From: Octopus sinensis
Taxonomy: Eukaryota
Reading direction: 5' to 3'
DNA length: 64,000 bases
Assembly (NCBI RefSeq): GCF_006345805.1
Contig: NC_043002.1
Location: 21,204,001 to 21,268,000, forward strand
Positions 53,303 to 64,000 of this stretch are shown here, one piece after another. How positions within the stretch are numbered: position 1 is the first letter of the stretch; each line of letters begins with the position of its first letter. The notes under the pieces were generated by a model. That model saw only the letters and a program-made list of their open reading frames with translations, ran no database searches and had not been told where the DNA came from. The position numbers and the translations under genes are program-made.

Positions 53303-56300
53303 CTGAAAATTTGAAACAGACATGTGTGTAACATATAACAGTCACATGTAACAAACAATAATTATATGTGACACGCTACAATTTAAATCTCCCACATGAC
53401 AGGCATGTATGACATTCAGCTGTTACATGTAACATGCACATGGTATGCATAACATATGCAAGGCGGAGAGCTGGCAGAAACGTTAGCACACTGGGCGAAA
53501 TGCTTAGCGGTATTTCGTCTGCGTTACGTTGTGAGTTCAAATTCTGCCGAGGTCGACTTTGCCTTTCATCCTTTCGGGGTCGATAAATTAAGTACCAGTT
53601 AAGCACTGGGGTCGATGTAATCGACTTAATACCTATGTTTGTCCTTGTTTGTCCCCTCTGTGTTTAGCCCCTTGTGGGTAGTAAAGAAATAGAAATAGGT
53701 ATGCATAACATACAGTGGTTATATGTTACATGATCACATGACTGACCAGACTACCTTTGAATGATATCACTCTGTTGTAACATGCAAGAACTAACCTTTG
53801 CACCAAGCAGTAGTCACATGTAACTTTAAACAGGCATATGTGACATGCAGTGATTACAACCAGCACGTGATATTCAAAAGTACAGTAAGATTTTCTATGA
53901 CCAGATGCCTTTCCTGTTACTAACCCTCGCCTGCTTCCAAACAAGGTAATATTTCCCCATAGCCAAGCACTGATGCTTGTTTACAGCAATGATGTCATGT
54001 CAAGGGTACATACAAGCCCTCACATACATATATACATATATATATTCTTTTATTTGCTTCAGTCAATTGACTGCAGCCATGCTGGAGCACCACCTTTAGT
54101 CAAACAAATCGACCCCAGAACTTATTCTTTGTAAGCCTAGTACTTATTCTATTGGTCTTTTAGCCAAACCGCTTAGTTACAGGGACGTAAACACACCAGA
54201 ATTGGTTGTCAAGCGATGTTGGAGAGACAAACACAGACACACAAATACACACGCACACACACACACATATATGACAGGCTTCTTTCAGTTTCCATCTACC
54301 AAATCTACTCACAAGGCTTTGGTCGGCTTGAGGCTATAGTAGAAGATACTTGCCCTAGGTGCCATGCAGTGGAACTGAACCCAGAACCATGTGGTTCGTT
54401 AGCAAGCTACTTACCATATAGCCTAGTAATGCACCCTTGGCATTGCCCAGGTGTTATGATCTACAGCCATTTTGTATTATATGTTCTTTTCTTATAGGCA
54501 GAATTGGCACACGAGGAGTGTGAAGTAAACAACTCTTCTTTATAAACATGCTATTTGGTCATTTTCTGATGAACAATGCTGCAGTTTCCGTCTACCAAAT
54601 TCAGTCACAAGTCTGTGGCTGGCCTAGGGAATTAGTAGAAAACACTTGCCCAAGGTACTATGCAGAGGGACTGAACATGTAACCATGTGGTTGGGAAGCA
54701 AACTTCTCAACCACACAGTCGTTCTTGCACTTAATATGTGTGTGTGGATGTGTGTTTACATTTGTCATTAAATCAAGTATTGTGTCCCACTGTGTCTCAA
54801 AGTTCATCAAGCAGAGATCTATAAAATAAATGCCAGATTGAATTACATACTGAGGTCAGTAGAATCAATTAAATTTTTGAAGGTGATACCCCATCATGCC
54901 GACAGTCAAAAGACTAAACCCAGTAAAATAATGTTTAATGACTTAATGGCTTCAAATTTAAGGTAATGGATTACTAACCACAAGATAATGAGTTCAAAAC
55001 ATTGTATTGAAATTCTAAACGATTACGCTATATGTACATCTCAGTCTACTTGGCTTCCAGCAATTAACAATTGTAATTTGAAGTTGAATAGTTAGCAGTA
55101 AGAAAGATGTCCAGATTTCTTTAAAATTATTGTGCAAAATGTTCTGAGTAATAGTATTTTTTCACCACAACAAAACACACACATACACACATACAGGTGT
55201 CTCTGTGGTAACTTAAGCTACTACAAATAGCAGCCAAATCTCTCTTAAAACACACCCTTACATCAAAAGACAGATTTACAGTATTTCAGGAAGAAAAAGA
55301 ATGTAAGCAATGGGTCTGCTACATTAGAGGCAACTCTTGGCTAAACAAAACACAGACAAACATACTTCACATTAAAAGGTTATCTATTAAATAATAATAA
55401 TAAAGTTGATTGTATATCTTCGATGTTTCATTCCCTGGCAAAACATTTTCTCATTATGCTCTATCTAAGACATATTGTTCAGGCAGAGTTGCTTCCCTTA
55501 GCTAAAGACCTCAAAATTGTGTGACCTGACCTTGTTTCCAAGGTTATTTTTGAAGTAAAAAAGAGTTTCTGTGCAAAAAACATACTTTATTTAGTAGCTG
55601 AAAGATTACTGAATGTTTTGATACCTCAACAGATATGCATGACAAATAAAACATACCTCGATATGTAGCAACAACATGTGAGAAACAATGAACATATGCA
55701 ACACAAAAGACAAATGTAACAAGTAAAATTCACATGTGGTACTTTATAGTCACATGTAGTAATAGACATACACATATGGACAGTACATTGAGCATATGAT
55801 GCACAGCAGTCATGAAACATCAAAATTAATGATTTTAAGTTTTGGCACAAGGCCAGAAATTTTGAAGGAAGTGGGGATTAGTCAATGAAGCCGTCTGCTG
55901 AACTGGTTCTTGTTTTATTGACCCTGAAAGAATCAAAGACAAAGTCAACCATGGTGGAATTTTAACTCAATATAAAAGCAAAAGAAATGCCACTAAGCAT
56001 TTTGTCCAACATGGTAATGATTCTGCCAGCTGGCTGTCTTTGAAACACCAAAAATGATAAAATAGATCTTGGTTGGAATTTGCACCTATGAAAAATCAGT
56101 TATTCAATTGACTGAATTAGCATATAAACAGCTGAATATTCTATGGATATTGTAGCCTTGTTGTGGAAGGATTCCGACCATCCCTATGTGAATAAAAGTG
56201 GATTGATACATTGCTATAAAATAAAAGAATGGTGAGCAATTGATTAGCAAGCAGTTCACTCTGAGCCGTTGATTGAGAGCATTGAGTGGTGTGTAACAGT

Positions 56301-57708
56301 AATTGTATTGCATTGAGAGAAAACTTTCTTTCCCTCACTGCTTCGTTGAATTATTTATCCAGTAATAGGATATAAAAAGCCTTTATGCAATTCTCAAGCA
56401 GTGTCAATGTGATACAGTGCAGCAGGCACAGCTGAGACTTTGAATTCCTGGTATAATCCATCTCATGGGGCTTCTCCACTATTTCCTTTGAGTTTGGTTT
56501 TACTTACAATCTTTTCTGTAACTTGATGTTACAGAAAATTACATTTGCCCAAGATGCCACACAGTGAGATCACACCCAGGACTTTGTGATTGAGATATGT
56601 ATGTTAAGTATTCAGTCATACAGCATCTCAGACATGCAACAAATAACATAATAAACAACAGAAACATGTAGCAAAGAACATGTATGAAATGACTAATCTG
56701 TCTCAGAAGACTTATTAACTGATGCTCACAGAAAAACTATGTAACAATACAAGAAGTTCATATATCAAGTAAGAGATACATTTGGATTTGAACTCAAAAA
56801 CAAAAGGGACACATAGCTCAACACAGGATGAATGGTAAAGACCCTCTCTGATCCTGAATGACCATCAGATTGCACCTAGTAAGTTACCCTCTGAGGCACA
56901 AGTCTGGGCAAGGTTGTTTTATGGAAGACCATCAGTCGCCCATGCATACCAGCCTCCTCTCTCCTTGCCACTGATGTTGTCCAAGGAAAGGCAAAGGGGC
57001 TGATACAGGTTGGCACCAGTGATGTCACAACTCATTTCTGCTGTTCAAGAATTTGGACCTGGAGATCTCCATTTCCAGCCACTTCGAGGGCCACTTCCCA
57101 GTGGTGTCGGGTCTCAACAAAAAGCCCTTGACTACAACAAGATGCCCAAAGTTTTTTTTTTCCCAAGGTCTGGGGTCCCCTGCCCCTAAGCCCTAGACCA
57201 TCACCTACTCACCCTTACCTGTCTTGTTGCTTAACAACAATAACAACAACAACTAATTTCTACAGCTGAGTGAACTGGAGCAATGTGAAATAAAGTGTCA
57301 TGTTCAAAAACACAACACAAGGCCTGGCCCAGGAATTGAACTCACTACCTCATGGTTGTGAGCCTGATGCTCTAACCACTGAGCCATGTGCCAACACAAC
57401 AAAGCATTTAATCCTAAAACCTTCCTCCAAAAATATGTGACTCTGTGACAAGAAAGAACAAATAAATGAAAACCTGGTTGCAGTCCAGTTTAGTCTTTTG
57501 TCGTTTACTGATGGATAAAATTTATGTGCATAGATTGGCTTCACTGATTACAACTTCCCATAAAAAAAGGTGGGGAAAATAGGTGCTATGACATATGTTG
57601 TAGAGTAAATCAACTAAGCAATGTGTACATGATGGGTAGAGATTTCAGAATATGTAAAATAATTAAAACCAAATTACTGTAAAAACAAAGAAATTCCTTT
57701 TTATCTAC

Positions 57709-57757
57709 CTGATAGTATTAACTCATTCAGCTTTCTTCTGTCAATGGACATAATAAA
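57709..57757 (-). CDS. KMO: Kynurenine 3-monooxygenase exon: FIMSIDRRKLNELILS
   Basis: tcttacag acceptor, g|gtagat donor; matches human YILSVSRENLNKDLLT; most 5' KMO exon found in the window. Confidence 0.88.
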
Positions 57758-58181
57758 CTGTAAGATAAATAAATAAAAATTGATATTACATTATTTTACA
57801 AACATGCATACATATACACATACATACATAATGCATGTATACATGCTTATATCGTTAGCTACTACACACATTTTTTTTCTCTCCTTGTTTTTTTTCTGTG
57901 TATCTTTCTGTAGAAGAGCATAGGCTCGAAACGTAAAAGACTTTTTCTATTCCTGAGTGCTATACTAATACATCTGTTTGTTTGTATACCACCTGCCTTC
58001 GTCTTTTGTTTATTTTCATAAATTTTCCCTTTATATATATATACAAAATTTAGAGGAATGACCACTAAATTTTGTATGTATAAAATTTTTAATCTTCAAA
58101 TTTTTTAAAAATATGCTAGGCCACTGGTTTTAATTGATTAATATCAATTTCTACCCTTATTTAATTTTATATATATATATA

Positions 58182-58397
58182 TACTTTATTTAAAAGTAGC
58201 AGAAATATAACAAAAGGTGTTACTCAGAGTTTCACATTCCCATTCGTCGGACAGATTTGTTAAAAAAGAAAAGAAATAATGAATGAGTAACAGCTTTTGT
58301 TATATTTCTTCTGCTTTTAAATAAAGCATATTACTCTACCTCTGGTATTTGAGTACACTTTCTTCCACCTTGTTCCACATTTAAGTGCTTACTCCGG

Positions 58398-58410
<13 letters not shown>
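58182..58410. mobile_element. Dispersed repeat with 45-bp inverted repeat and hammerhead-like motif (Penelope pLTR-like)
   Basis: 58182-58226 vs 58283-58329 (4 mismatches); hammerhead core on the minus strand at 58209-58261. Confidence 0.65.
58209..58261 (-). ncRNA. Type I minimal hammerhead ribozyme-like motif (U4C core, GUA site)
   Basis: minus strand CUGU-CCGACGA-AUGGGAAUGU-GAAA-CUCUGAG-UA-ACAC; all three stems can pair; activity untested. Confidence 0.6.
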
Positions 58411-58428
<18 letters not shown>

Positions 58429-59087
58429 ATCCATAACTGCCGTGTCTGAGGAGCATGGGGTTGCATAACTAAGTTGTTACCTAACGGTCCGTTGAACCCC
58501 ATTAAAAGCGTAAGATGTGTTTCTTCAGGGGATTACTTAATGACAAATCAAACAGCTAATTATTTGATTTGTTGACTAATAATAATTCTTTCTACATAAG
58601 ACCTGAAATTTTTGGTGGAAAGGAGCTAGCTGATTACACCACTTCCAGTGCTTAACTGGTACTTATTTTATTGACCCAGAAGGGATGAAAGGCAAAGTCA
58701 GCAACAGAAGAATATGAACTCAGAACATAAAGCCAGAACTAATGCCACTAAGCATTTTACCTAGCATACTAGTGATTCTGCAAGCTTGCTGCTTTGTTGG
58801 CTAATAGTGGTCTCAGATTTTAGCACAAAGCCAGCAATTTCAAGAGAGTGGGTAAGTCAATTACATAAACTCCTGTACTCAACTGCTACTTACATTATCA
58901 ACCTCAAAAGGACGAAAGGTAGATTCAACCACCTTGGCATTTGAACTCAAACCATAAAGTCAGAATAATAATAATAATAAAGGAAGTGGAACAGAATCAG
59001 TGCATGTGTTATTATTGGCATAACGACCCTAACAAGATGCAACAAAATCTGTCTCAACACACAAGTTGACATCAAGAATCTTGCAAA

Positions 59088-59487
59088 TCTTTATATATAA
59101 AAGTGAGGTTGTATGCTGTCTGTCTCCTACGATTTAGATTCCTAACTACTCCCACATTTTGCAGTGCAGTTTAACCAAAACCGGGTATCTTATAGTCGTG
59201 ATTCATATCGAGCCCTTCTGGGTATTAGCACGCATCCACGATGAGTCTATGATTTAAAAAAAAATTTACCATCAATTTTTCCCATTTTTAATGCATTTTT
59301 GGCATATATAAGGGAAGTAACTCTCTAAAAATTTATTATTAAATCTCAGAACATAAAAAGCTACAGTAATACCCCCCCCCCCTTTGTGGTTAGCCATATT
59401 GAGATGGCTATTATACTTTACATCTCTAAAAATGCTGATATAGTTATTTCCCTTACAAACCCGAGCAACGCCGGGCGATACTGCTAG
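59088..59487 (+). mobile_element. Non-autonomous Helitron, 400 bp
   Basis: inserted A|TC...CTAG|T, subterminal cccgagcaacgccggg hairpin at 59460-59475, no TSD. Confidence 0.85.
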
Positions 59488-59969
59488 TCAAATATAAAAA
59501 TGAAATCTTTTTAATTTTCTAAGAGATAATTACTATTTAAAAAAAAAAAAAAATGATTCATTTGTAGCATTTTGGAAGAATAAACTGAACTAAAAATAAA
59601 ATTAGCTTTCAACTCGATGTATCAAATGCATATGTGAACTGAATTAACTCAATCATAAATGGGAACAGAAAATTCACTGATTTCTTTGTGGCTGCTTCTC
59701 ATGCATAGCCTCAGCAAAAGTGTAGAACTTTCTCGCTGACTGTAATCAGCAGGTCTACCTATGGCTTCATGTAACTTCTAGATTTTGTCTTGATTCACAA
59801 AAACAGAGAACTGAAATCCAGATTCAATTAGTAGGCTGTTATTGCATATGAAATGAGAGCACAGTTCTTTTGTCATGAATCTAATGTTTAAACCTACACA
59901 TCACCACCACAACCACCACCACCAACCCCACCACTGATTTCCCCACCACTACTGTTACCATCAACATTG

Positions 59970-60000
<31 letters not shown>

Positions 60001-62498
60001 AACTGCTACCACCACCACCACCATCGATCTCCCCACCACCACCACCATCGATCTCCCCACCACCACCATTATCATCAACATTGTCATCTTCATCATCATC
60101 ATCATCATCATCATAACTGCTACCACCACCACCACCACCACCACTGATCTCCCCACCACCACCATTATCATCAACATTGTCATTATCATCATCATCATCA
60201 TAACTGCTACCACCACTGATCTCCCCCCCCCACCACCACCATTATCATCACCATTGTCATTATCATTATGATCTTCATCAACAGCATCAATATTATTTCA
60301 TGCCTGCTTTCCATGCTGGCATGGGTTGGATGGGTCATCACAGGTATTTGGAACCACTACTCCCAGAGACTTAACTGATACTTGTACATGGCATTTGTTT
60401 TGGTGTCTACAGCTGGATGCCTTTCCTATCACCAACCACTCTACAGAATGTAATGGATGCATTATCTCATTGCACCCACTCCAGAGTGGTTGCATAGTTC
60501 CTTATTCTTTTATTCTTTTATTTGTTTCAGTCATTTGACTGCGGCCATGCTGGTGCACTGCCTTTAGTCGAGCAAATCTACCCCTGGGACTTATTCTTTG
60601 AAAGCCTAGTACTTAATCTATCAGTCTCTCTTGCCGAACCGCTATGTGATGGGGATGTAAGCACACCAGCATTGGTTGTCAAGCAATGTTGGGGGGACAA
60701 ACACAGACACACAAACATATACATGCACGCATACATACATACATACAACCATGTGGTTGGGAAGCAAGTTTCTTACCACAGTCACACCTGCATCATCATT
60801 TAGCGTCCGCTTTCCATGCTAGCATGGGTTGGACGGGTCAACTGGGGTCTGTGAAGCTGGAAGGCTTCGACAGGCCCAGTCAGATGTGGCAGTGTTTCTA
60901 CGGCTGGATGCCCTTCCTAACGCCAACCACTCCGCGAGTGTAGTGGGTGTTTTTTACATGCCACCTGCACAGGTGCCAGACAGAGCTGGCGAACGGCCAC
61001 GAACGGATGGTGCTTTTACGTGCCACCGACACGGGGCCAGACAGAGCTGGGATTCTGCCAGCTCACTGCCTTACCTTTAACAATGATACTGCTTTTTGTT
61101 ATGCAACCCCTGCTTCCAGGAGTAATAAATGTTCTGTAAAAGAAGCTTATACCTAGTAACTCTATTTGCTAGAAATAATAGCAAAAATTGACTCAAAGTA
61201 AAGCTCATCGTCATGAAAAAAAAAGAAGGGTATGTTTGATAATGTAGTTCAAGATTTCTTTAAAAAGAGACATGATGGTCCTGGTTGGGCCCGTCCGCTT
61301 TATCCTGGTTGTACGGGATTAGGGTTGACTTGGGTATTAACAACAAGACCAATATCCTTACCACCACCACCACCACCGCCACCACCACCGCCACCACCAC
61401 CACCACCGCCACCACCACTACAAACCATGGTAGAGGTCACAGTAGACACCCCACAACTACCACCATCACACTGTCAGTAAGAGGATAATGAGTGAAATAG
61501 GTTAAGACAGGCTCTGTCACTGTTGCTGTTACTTCTGTTGATGTTGTTGTTATTGTTGTTGTTGTTGCTACTCCTGTTGCTGTTGCTGCAGTTGATGTTG
61601 TCATTGTTGTTATTGTTGTTGTTGTTGTTGTTACTAGTGTTGTTGTTCTTTTTTCTTCTTGTTCCTGTTCTTGTTTTTGTTTTGGACAACCTGAACTTTT
61701 CCATAGTGGTGCTGATAATGAGAAAGTGGAAGGTGTTGTAGCTATTGTAATGGTGGTGAAGGTAGTGGTGGTGGTGGTGATGGTGGTGGTGGTTGGTGGT
61801 GGTGGTGTTAGTGGTGTTTGTGGTGATGGTTGCAGTGTCGGTGGTAGTTATGGTGACAGCGGTAGTGGCAGTTGCAGTCGCAGTGGTGAGTGTAGTGGTT
61901 GTTGTAGCTATGATGATGGTGGTAGTGGTGGTGGTGGTGGTGGTGGTGGTGGTGGTGATAATGATGACAATGATGGTGGTGGTTGCAATGGTTGTAGTAG
62001 TTATGGTGGTGGTGGTGGTGGTGGTGGTGGTGGTGGTAACAGCACTGTTGGTAGCATTGGTGAGGTATTAGCAATAGAAGAGGTCATGTTACTTACAACA
62101 GTGCTGATCTCACTGATGGGGACGTTGGTAATTGTAGTATGGATGGTACTCACAGCTGTAGCTGTTGTAGTTGTTACTATAGTGATGATGGTTCTGGCGG
62201 TTGTAGCAGTGATGATGATGATGATAGTGTTTTATAGTAGTGGTAGCAGTGGTGATTTGCACTTCCAATAGTGTCATTAACTGCAGTAATGGTAGTTGTA
62301 CTGGTTGTTGTTTGTTGTTGTTACTGGTGTTGTTTAACCATAGGTCAGCCCTGACTGAACAGACCTAAATTCATAGGCATTCCAACCATGACCACTATGT
62401 CTTGTTTTCAGGATTAGTGAATCAGTCTATGACTACGAATAAGATTTGGCTGCTATTTCAAGCAGATTGAGAGTCAATATAGAAGCTATACTGACTCT

Positions 62499-62793
62499 CA
62501 GTCATGGGCAAACTGTGGCCTTTGGGTCACATGTGGCCCACAGGACTTTCAAAATGGCACGCTTAATTAAAAATTACTTTGAATTTTATGATGAGCCATT
62601 TTCATGTGGCCCACTTAATGATGAGCCATGTGTCATGTGGTTCACCTAATGATGAGCCATGTCTCATGTGGCCCACCTAATGATGAGCCATGTCTCACGT
62701 GGCCCACCTAATGATGAGCCATGTCTCATGTGGCCCACCTAATGATGAGCCATGTCATGTGGCCAAGTTCTCAAAAAAGTTTGCCGATGCCTG
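62499..62793. mobile_element. hAT-like MITE containing about 6 copies of a 31-bp tandem unit
   Basis: TIRs cagtcatgggcaaact / agtttgccgatgcctg (14/16); unit aatgatgagccatgtctcatgtggcccacct; no clean TSD. Confidence 0.6.
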
Positions 62794-63038
62794 ATATAGA
62801 TGCACTGCTGCTAGTTCATAGTTGAACTAGTCATTATGATAGGTGTAGTGGTGGTGGTTGTTGTAGTGGCTAGGTAATGGTGTTGGTGGTAGTTTTACTG
62901 GTAGTCATGGTAACTGAAGTGATAGTGGTTTTAGGGGGGCATTATTCTTGCAGTTGTCATTTTATCCATCTCTACGTTCAAAGTTCAAATTCTGCAAAGT
63001 TTCACTTTGCCTTTCATCATTTAGTTAAGCACCGGGGT

Positions 63039-63501
63039 ACCTGTGAATTCATGGGATTATTAGTAGGACCTGTAAATTTGCAGAATTACGAATGGGACCT
63101 GTGAATTCACGGAATTACTAGCAGGACCTGTGAATTTGTAGAATTACTAGTGAGACCTGTGAATTCATGGAATTACTAGTGGGTCCTGTGAATTCACGGA
63201 ATTACTAGCAGGACCTGTGAATTCAAGGAATTACTAGCAGGACCTGTGAATTCAAGGAATTACTAGTAGGACCTGTGAATTCATGGTATTACTAGCCAGA
63301 CCTGTGAATTCACGGAATTACTAGTAGGACCTGTGGGGACCTGTGAATTCACAGAATTACTAGTGGGACCTGTGAATTCATGGAATTACTAGCGAAACCT
63401 GTGAATTCATGGGATTACTAGTAGGACATGTGAATTCACATAATTACTAGCGGGACCTGTGAATTCACGGAATTACTAGTGGGACCTGTGAATTCATGGA
63501 A
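63039..63501 (+). repeat. 29-bp minisatellite, about 16 units (GGACCTGTGAATTCAYGGAATTACTAGYR)
   Basis: direct reading; no spacers; one truncated unit near 63331. Confidence 0.92.
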
Positions 63502-64000
63502 ATAATGGTAAACCTATTGGGTTATTTCTGAAAATTTTATCCCAAAAACCTGAAAGTGCAGCCTGTGGTTTTGTCTGTATCAAAAGATAGTCACTCATCT
63601 GCTGCTCATTGAAAAGTGAAAGAAAATGAAATACAATGATTACTTAATGCACTTTGAATATACACTTTATATACTATTCCTTTTTGTGTTTCTAGCACTA
63701 CGCTTCATTATTTGGAAGCCTTTTATTATATTTCTATACGAAAAATATATAGTCTAATGACTAATTCGTCTTTTGTGCTAGGCCACTGGTAATAATTTAT
63801 TTTATTACCCTATTTGATTATGTTTAAATATTGCTTGATAAATTTGTTCGTAAATTTTTTACCAGCATCCTCTCTGTTCGCCGGGTATGTTTTGCGTCTG
63901 CGCAAAGGTTTGAAAAGTTAGGATATACAAACCGTTAGATCTACATGTGCTTCTAACAGTCTGTGCATCTAGGATTACGAAGGCTTCCCACTGAAGAACC

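Noticed and set aside
63039-63501. CRISPR-like array
   Set aside because: Units are contiguous with no unique spacers, in a eukaryotic intron
57758-64000. KMO 5' exons (GxGxxG, GRSINLALS, GIPM..RMIH)
   Set aside because: Searched the minus strand by eye and found none; they probably lie beyond the window

Overview
AT-rich, microsatellite- and SINE-dense animal genomic DNA; the repeat families and SSR load suggest an octopus (coleoid cephalopod), which is an inference. Two large multi-exon genes converge tail-to-tail, and both are cut at their 5' ends by the window edges. (1) Plus strand, 1728-18937: the last 7 coding exons (about 829 aa, phase-consistent GT-AG splicing) of an ARHGEF10/ARHGEF10L-family RhoGEF, covering the end of the PH region and the C-terminal beta-propeller, with a large Thr/Ser-rich insertion in the terminal exon. 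(2) Minus strand, 57757 to 33475: the last 11 coding exons (354 aa + stop) of kynurenine 3-monooxygenase (KMO/cinnabar); the first ~100 residues lie beyond the window. The rest is introns and intergenic DNA filled with tRNA-derived SINEs, RTE/CR1 LINE ends, mariner/Tc1, hAT-, piggyBac- and pogo-like MITEs, Helitron derivatives, foldback elements and SSRs. The most unusual signal is a set of minimal hammerhead-ribozyme-like motifs from at least three unrelated repeat families. One family sits behind a Penelope-type GIY-YIG C-terminus. Each family carries non-canonical catalytic cores and palindromic stem III, and three copies lie in sense orientation inside KMO introns. Nearly all ORFs in the supplied track are SSR artefacts.
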